Shown one piece after another: positions 51,774-58,392 of a stretch of DNA of 58,392 nucleotides; the stretch's first letter is position 1, and each line of letters begins with the position of its first letter. The notes beneath the pieces were generated by a model. It had not been told where the DNA came from, ran no database searches, and was given only the letters and a program-made list of their open reading frames with translations. The position numbers were made by a program, and so were the translations under genes. The stretch comes from Pelomyxa schiedti (Eukaryota; Protista; Evosea): positions 1 through 58,392 of the forward strand of contig JAHLWZ010000889.1 of NCBI GenBank assembly GCA_020536535.1. The letters are read 5' to 3'.

Positions 51774-52525
51774 TGTTGTCTGTTGTCCGTTGGTGCACCA
51801 TTTACAATAGAGGTTTCTGATAAGGAGCTAGCAACGACTTGTTGCTGTTTATTTTTTTGCTGTGGTGGCGGCAACTGTTGCTGCTGTTCTAACTGTGGGA
51901 CGTTTTGTGGTTGTCGGAGTTGTAGTTGTCGCCGGTCGTCGGCTTCCTTCTGTTGGAGTTGTTGTAGCTGCTGCAGTTGGTGCAGTTGGTCCAGTTCCAG
52001 TTGCAGCTGCGGGTCCTCTCCCATTTCCTGTGTCTGTTGCTGTTGGGTGCCCACTGTGCCGTGCTGCGGCTGTCGTTGTTGTTGTTGTTGTTGTTGCTGT
52101 TGCATGTGTGCGCGGTGCTGCGTCGGCGTCGGCGGGCCCGATCGCGACTGCTGGTTTGGTTGATGTTGCCGCGGACCAAATTCTCGCCGGAATTCCGGGG
52201 AGGACGCGGAGCGCCGTGTTGGTGATTGAAGTGCGGTTTGGCTCATGTACTGTTGTATCTGATGAGGGGACACGCCCTGCTCGAACTGTAGTGGCTGCAT
52301 TTCGCGTTGTTGTTGCTGTTGCTGTTGCTGTTGCTGTACCTGAATTAGTTGTTGTTGCGCGTTTTGGTGATGGCGCCGTGTGGTGGGCATTGATTGTTGG
52401 GCATTACATTGGCGATATTGGCTTGTGGTTGTATCGAGCTGCTGTTCTAATGAGGACAAATACTGAAGGCTGGGCTGTTGTTGTGTGTCGAAGGCCAATT
52501 GCCTGGGAGTGTACCCCAAGAACAT
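49986..52525 (-). CDS. Q-rich protein with a zinc ribbon and a stand-alone dynein stalk/microtubule-binding domain
   Basis: PolyQ N-terminal half; CPRC..CTSCG ribbon; coiled coil, then PLIGHANDLLSQLSNTTLSKLR..NP-PSPEIQRVMEAVCI..DW..DFVRQLQQIPIDNI..LSMWVRTVV, then another coiled coil, as in the dynein CC1-MTBD-CC2 stalk. Confidence 0.65.
51685..51780. repeat. CAG/CAA trinucleotide tract encoding about 30 Gln (minus strand)
   Basis: tgc/tgt repeat run on the plus strand; further polyQ tracts near 52075-52100 and 52305-52340. Confidence 0.9.
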
Positions 52526-52781
52526 GCCGTCGTGAGTCGGCAAAGGTCCTTTTTTTTCTAGCTGGTTTAATTTCCTTAATTTTGTTGCTCTTTCGTCGTT
52601 TCTTACAACCGCGTGCAGGGGTTTCGTTTTTTACCCAATCTTTAAGTAGCGAACCTCATTCCTATAATGCTACCTGTGACTTCCAAAACCAAGGCACTGA
52701 AATTCACGCTCGGTTACACATTCCTCAAAAGGGTGAAGATCAAAAACCTTCTCTTTGGCTACATCCGTTGTGTTGAGAGTG

Positions 52782-53267
52782 ATGGATGCCGTTGCACTTG
52801 TGGCTGCTGCAACGACGGATGAGCCTTGGGGTGCCACTGTTGCACAAATGCAAGAAATAGCCAATTGCGTGCACACAAGGTTTTTAGCTGATTGCAAGAA
52901 TAAATGGATGTCATCCAAACGTGCTAAGAATTTAGTGAGAGGGCGTTGGGATCCCTATTTGGTCGATTGCAATTAGCTGATGAGAGTTGGCGCTCAATTT
53001 ATAAAGCAGGTAAACCTGGAATGTGGGGTGTGGTAATGTTGTGACTGAAGGCTCTGTTGGTGATTGAGTTCATACTGAAACACACACCAAATGAGGAAAC
53101 CAGGCAATACATGGTCTCACACCTTTCCAACATTGTGAAGTGTGAAAGTTCTGTGAATCAAGCAGGTATTCCTCCTTCAGTTTAATACTTAACTCACATT
53201 CGAAGTGAGAGACAAGGCAAGAGCTGTTATAGAGCTGGTGGATCAAAAGAAACAAAACACCTCTTGA
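52782..53267 (+). CDS. Small ENTH-domain-only protein
   Basis: Spliced VAAATTDEPWGATVAQMQEIA...LFGRLQLADESWRSIYK-ALLVIEFILKH...VRDKARAVIELV matches ENTH (ATSNDPWGP..MSEIA, WRHVYKAMTLMEYLIK, VREKAKQLVALL). Confidence 0.75.
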
Positions 53268-53367
53268 AACATCACTGTGAAGCAATATCTGTTGGAACTA
53301 CTAAAGACAGACAAATAATAAAATAGAATAGGTTTTTTTTTATTCGTTTGTTGTCAATTATAATCCC

Positions 53368-56071
53368 TCACAAATAAGCCTGCTCAAAGATACAACCAGT
53401 TGCTATGGGTGTTTTTTTTAGAGCCCTTGCATAGTCCAAAATGGGGAATACCTTTTTCTTTGGGAGCTGGTCAAAATTAGTACATCGTTCCGGGAATGAC
53501 CAAGTAGGCATCTCTTTCTCAGCAGTGGTAAGCTCAGCAGCAATTCCTGCATCAAGATGTGCCATGTTACCTCGCAAACTCTTAACAATTATGGCCATAT
53601 TGTTTAGCTGGATAGAGTGCAGGTAAGTAATCGAGATAAGGTATCCCGGAGAGTACTTTTTCTTCAATGGGAAGGTCTGTCCAGCTGGCACCTTCATGTG
53701 AGGGACACTGTGATTTTTTTTAGAGGAGTCTCTAGGAGAAAGTCATACATTTGAGACTTGATCAAAGAGTGTCTGCATGGCTGTGGAATGATTTTGTATG
53801 AACCTAGAAGAATATTACTAGTAATTCCAAGGTAAAACTTGTTACGTTGAGAAGTATCTCATGTAAGGCTCTTTGTCTCCGGGAAGTGTTTGATTTGCTG
53901 AAGTTACACTGAGATGTGAGGGAATGAGTAGAGGGGATACCCAGGCATTGCAAAACTTTTGTGACAAGCACAAGTGGCCTTCTGGCTACTTTAGAAGGTG
54001 GCTCTTTACCAAAAGATTATCATAGTAAGGAGTTTAGTTTTCAAATCGTACCTGTAAGAGGTACAATGGAATATATTTCAGGAGAGGAAATAGCGGGACT
54101 AAAGGCGAATTAGAGGTTTTTCGGAACGAAAAGTCAAATGACCATATATAGCGGAGAAATAGCAAAGCTCCAACTGCTTTAAGAGAAGCAGCGGGAACAG
54201 ATCTTTGCACTACTTGTCTGATAACTGTTAAGTACATCTTAATATCCCTAGATTCGGAGTTGGATCATGTATGCCACAAGAAGAAATACAGAGGCAAGGT
54301 GGCCACTGAAGTAACAATTTGTGCAAAGAAACGCTCAGCCAGAGCTTCGAGCTTGCGACAGTTAGCCTCGATGTCTTCCCCTTTGCTAGCAACATCAGGG
54401 TCGATCTGAAGAGGAAATAAGACAAATTAAGGGAGCGTTACTTTACCTCAAACCCTGCAGGTGACTTCAAAATTTCGCGAATAATATCCCCCAATGCAGT
54501 GCCAAGCCATTTGTTACCCTTGCGTTTCATGAAGACAGAACTCAACTTTGTTGCTGGTGAGTCAAGTCTAAAAAGCTGCGCCTCGGATGCTTAAGGAGCC
54601 ATTAAGAATGGCAAATTATGAAAATACGTACTAAGTGCAGAGAGCTCTCGATTAAAAAGGAGCACAGTAAACCGGAAAATCAATTTTTCACACTCAAAAA
54701 TATTATAGATTGCAGAAACAAGTTCTTGCGTTTGGAAGATATTACATAGAACGAGTGGAATTGTCATATGGTCGTCGACTGTTAGCTGGAAGATGTCGAG
54801 TTAATATTTTTCTAAGCGTAACAGGGGAATATACAGCCAAAATGTCATTGTAATGCAATTTGGAAACTTGGTAATTACGTGACGATTGTGTTGCATTTGT
54901 GTAAATGAGCTGCACGTTTATAAAGCCACTGACATGTTCTCTCTTCTTTGGTTGTAGAATTAAGCTTTTCATCAAGACAACACCAGGTTCACAATCTCCA
55001 ACCCGAACCGCTGCCCACCCCATATAATCATCTGATGTAAGCATGTCATAATCATAAACATCGATTTTGAACTGCTGGTTCTCATCGGAAATATCACTGT
55101 TATTTTGATGTGAATGCCAAAGCAATCACTTATGCAACGTACAAATAGAATTCCTCATCCCATACGGGGTTGAGGTCTTTGTCAACGATCCTTGTTCGGT
55201 ACTCCTGATCCATGTAGGACAAAACACAATATGGGTCTGAAGGGTATTTCAGATATTAGGTACACTTGACGAGAATAATACCACTTGTGCCACATAAATC
55301 TTTAACAGCTAATCCCTTTCCATCAATTACTGCAGTTAATTTGAAAAACAAAGAAGAGACGGCACATGTCCTACCTCTAACGAAGAGATTACCTCTGCCC
55401 TCAGTACTCAAGTTAACTGGAACTGGAGGTGTAGCACCTAAATCTAAGCTAGGTGATACTCCAGGTTTTGTAAGATGGTACACAGCGTGAATGTCACCAG
55501 AAGCGGGTGCTTTTGGGGTTCCTTTTAAGAGCAAGCGGCTCTCTTTTGGCAAACCATCTCTTTTTCATGTTGGCATTGAGGTGAAAATGATGCTCAAATC
55601 AGACATACGTGAAACAAGAAACAGGGATTGACAACAACCCAAGTGTAGATGATCCAAGGGCACTCTCGCAAACACTGATTTCTAGAAAATCGCAAGCTTG
55701 GGCGTCAGCACTAGAAAAACCACAGTACAAGTTAGATGATACAATTAAAAGTAACTAATGCCATACAATTGGAAAGTTTCATCCCAATGTGGTGTATTAG
55801 ACTTGTTGAGAAAGAAACAACAAGTTAGAAATTGCAGATAAAAAGAAAAGTACGAACTTTTTTGTGTTTCTTGGTTTTTTGCTTTATTCCTTTTAGTTTC
55901 AGTTTGCAATAAGTGGCTCCATTCACATTTTTCAGATTATACGCCCCGACAACTACACTCGAACCATAAGTGCGACAAAAACAACGAGAAAATACGAGAC
56001 TCGGAAGCTTAAAGTGACGGCGAGAACATACTTCTTACGTGCAGGGTAGGAGTGGCACTCGTTGCCGCCAT
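53368..56071 (-). CDS. C2-C2-RasGAP protein (GAP1/RASA-like architecture)
   Basis: Two C2 domains (PHWDETF; DPYCVL..RTRIVDKDLNPVWDEEF..DVYDYDMLTSDDYMG), arginine-finger LFRLDSPATK and the AVGALLFLRYI-CPAI FLR motif. Confidence 0.85.
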
Positions 56072-56239
56072 TTTGCTTTATTTGTTTTTAATTGTCGTGC
56101 TTTTCACAACAACCCCTTCGCCTATTCCGGAGTTCCAGAAAAACGAACATTCTCGATTAAGTTTTTCCGATTTTTCACGTGAAACAAAAACAAAAAAATT
56201 ATTTTGGCTGCACGTTTGCTTCCCTCTGTAGGGGAAGAC

Positions 56240-58334
56240 CTACAGAGGGTAGAAATTGGTGAAGATACCGAGGTGCTGGAGAACATGACCGTGGTTGAGT
56301 ATGAATGTGTTGAACCATTCAATTCCAGAACGGGCACTTTCTGCTGATCCATAGACTGCGATTCCAACCCACATCCAGTGCCCCAGGCTCTGGTTCTGGG
56401 TACAGAATCCAGGCTGCATTTCGGGTGGTAGTAAAAGTGCCACAGTGCCGGGTGTTGCGGAGGCCACTACCACCATTCCGGCATAGGCAGCTTGTAATTT
56501 TAGTGCTGTGAGGCATACTGCCACCGCTCCACGCCGTGACAGCTCTGGTGTGATGTGGTTGACTGTGTTGTGGAGGAATGTGAGGCCGCTTGTCATGTCG
56601 GGGAAGTTTCCCATAAAAACTCGTACAACAATGTGTGGGACAACTGAAGGAATGTTAGATTAGGTTTGGGTGTTTGGTTTAGATCCAGAAATTGATGGTA
56701 ATTGAAGAAGTGGCTAGCATACATTGAGTTATTTGTACAAGAGGTAGAGTAATTTGATCCTCACACATGTATGATTGAAGTTGTTCGGGGTTTATGGGAC
56801 CAGTGACAGCATCTAAATTTGTCTGCAGTGCCACTGGAATTGCTGCCTCCATTTTAGGAAATGGGGGAGATGAAGGAAATGTCGAATTTTGAGTGTTAAG
56901 AGGGGGAGCAAATGAAGTTGGTGATACAGATTTCGGAGGTGAAGGATTGTAGTAAGGTTCAGATTTTACTTGAGGAGGAGAAGTATCCCTGTCCAGAGGG
57001 AGAGGAAGAGGGACTGGTAGTGGTAATGGAAGTGGAGTGGCGGAACCTGTTGACTTGGGTCTGGTGCCAGCACTCTTGCGGAGTGGAGATTGCATTGGGG
57101 ACGAATTTGGACTGCCGGAGGTATTGGAATTTGGTGGGAGGGGTAAGGGGAGAGGAGGTGGACGATTGCCGTAGCTCAATCGAGGGCTCGAGGAATATTG
57201 CGCATGAGAATGCCCACCGGGAGGAGTGGGTTGTATTTGTTGGGGCTGACACATTGGGGAACTGGGGATCGGCTGTGGAGGTTGAGCAAAAAATTTCCGA
57301 GATGAGGTACTGCAGTACCGGGATACCGGCAGATGCCCGTTTTCTTTCGATGGCGGTGGCGGTGGAGGTGGGGGAGGTGGTGGTGGAGGTAACTGCATAT
57401 GTGTGGAGCGATGTGGAGGTGGAGGAGGTGGAGGAGGTGGGATTGGGGGGATCGGCACAGAGGGCGGTGCGGAAAGCGGAAGGGGAAGAGATGGGATGAT
57501 GACAGGTGGTTGTGGAGGTTGTGGAGGGGGTGCAGGCGTAAACTGTGCGAAACCGGAAAATTGGAATTGCTGAAAGGGGTTAATTTGCATAGGAGGTTGA
57601 CCTTGTGCTGTGGCTCCTGATTGTGGTCGAGGGGAAGGTCGTGGTGAGGGGGAAGGTGATGGAGAAGGTGATGGGGAGGGTGATGGGGAGGGCGAGGGTG
57701 ATGGAGAGGGTGACGGTGAGGGGGATGGGGAAGGAGAAGGAGTAGGAGAGGGAGTTGGTGAAGGAGACGGTGAAGGAGAAGGTGATGGTGACGGTGACGG
57801 TGACGGCGAAGGTGGCCTATCTGCTGGGAAATATTCAGTGGTTGCCTTTCTTTTTGTACGTTTGGATGTTTTGTTGTTCTTTCTGGATTTGAGGTTAAAG
57901 GGCTGACTTCTGGCGACTAGACCATCTCCAAGTTCACAATGCATCACAACCGGTGACTTTAGGTGATTCCTACTTAACGTCAATCTTAACCCTTGCTTCC
58001 ATTTATTTAACCTTGAGGATGTACATAGAGGTACAGCAGTGAACTCATATCGCTCCACTCCATCAGAAGGAAATATAATTGGTTGGGGATCCACTCCACT
58101 GTTAGAAGGAGAGACTGACAGTTTGAGCAGGGCCCCATTCGTGGGATTACATGTGAAGCACAAAGCCTCTTTGGGGAGGAGGTTGAGTCTTTTATTAGAG
58201 TACGGAGTTGCCATACTCAAAGTTTTATCTGATCTTGTTGTGAAACATTCACAATTCTGCAAAATGAGCTGGTAGACATCTTGATAGGACATTGTACGCA
58301 TTTCGCGCCATTCTGTGGGTACCACCGCTGTCAA
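56240..58334 (-). CDS. CudA-like putative transcription factor with Pro/Ser-rich linker; 5' end probably outside the window
   Basis: CFTC...VPLCTSS-RNHLKSPVVMHCEL..RSQPFNLKSRK, after removing an in-frame 42-nt intron, resembles the amoebozoan CudA DNA-binding core. A phase-1 intron (gtatgc...ccttcag) joins it in frame to ORF 56240..56614. Confidence 0.5.
57640..57812. repeat. Degenerate hexamer repeat encoding (SP)n on the minus strand
   Basis: Repeated ggngan hexamers; a shorter similar tract lies at about 295-360. Confidence 0.8.
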
Positions 58335-58392
58335 CTTGGTTCACAACAGAGTTCAACATGTTGGTTGTGGTGTGTTGTGCCTATCCCCCCCC

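Noticed and set aside
51459-52776. Cys-rich and Val/Ala-rich plus-strand ORFs
   Set aside because: They are antisense shadows of the polyQ (CAG/CAA) coding strand.

Overview
Gene-dense eukaryotic genomic DNA with about 24 protein-coding genes. Introns are short and spliceosomal (mostly about 40-70 nt) and intergenic gaps are very small. I found no rRNA, tRNA, CRISPR array or transposon. The gene set suggests an amoebozoan, possibly an anaerobic archamoeba such as a Pelomyxa-like organism; this is inference from a CudA-like factor, a single-domain twinfilin-like protein, an amoeba-type CDC123/R2K ATP-grasp and bacterial-like enzymes. Recognisable genes: virilizer/VIRMA-like, twinfilin-like, ABHD17-like hydrolase, N-carbamoylputrescine amidase, MARCH6/Doa10, an SRI-domain protein, Vps68/TMEM50, VPS11, a cathepsin L-like protease, an F-box-like protein, a secreted nucleoside hydrolase, a FANCD2-like protein, phenylacetate-CoA ligase, VPS39, an AN1 zinc-finger protein, DUF3574, a receptor-type adenylate cyclase, a Q-rich protein with an isolated dynein stalk, an ENTH-only protein, a C2-C2-RasGAP and a CudA-like factor. 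The standout is 31982->25626 (minus strand). It splices into one open frame joining a CPBP/Abi (Rce1-like) intramembrane protease, a ZZ zinc finger, a carboxylic-acid-reductase-like A-T-R module and a CDC123/R2K ATP-grasp ligase, with catalytic motifs apparently intact. All family calls are by-eye motif recognition and exon boundaries are manual; no database search was run.
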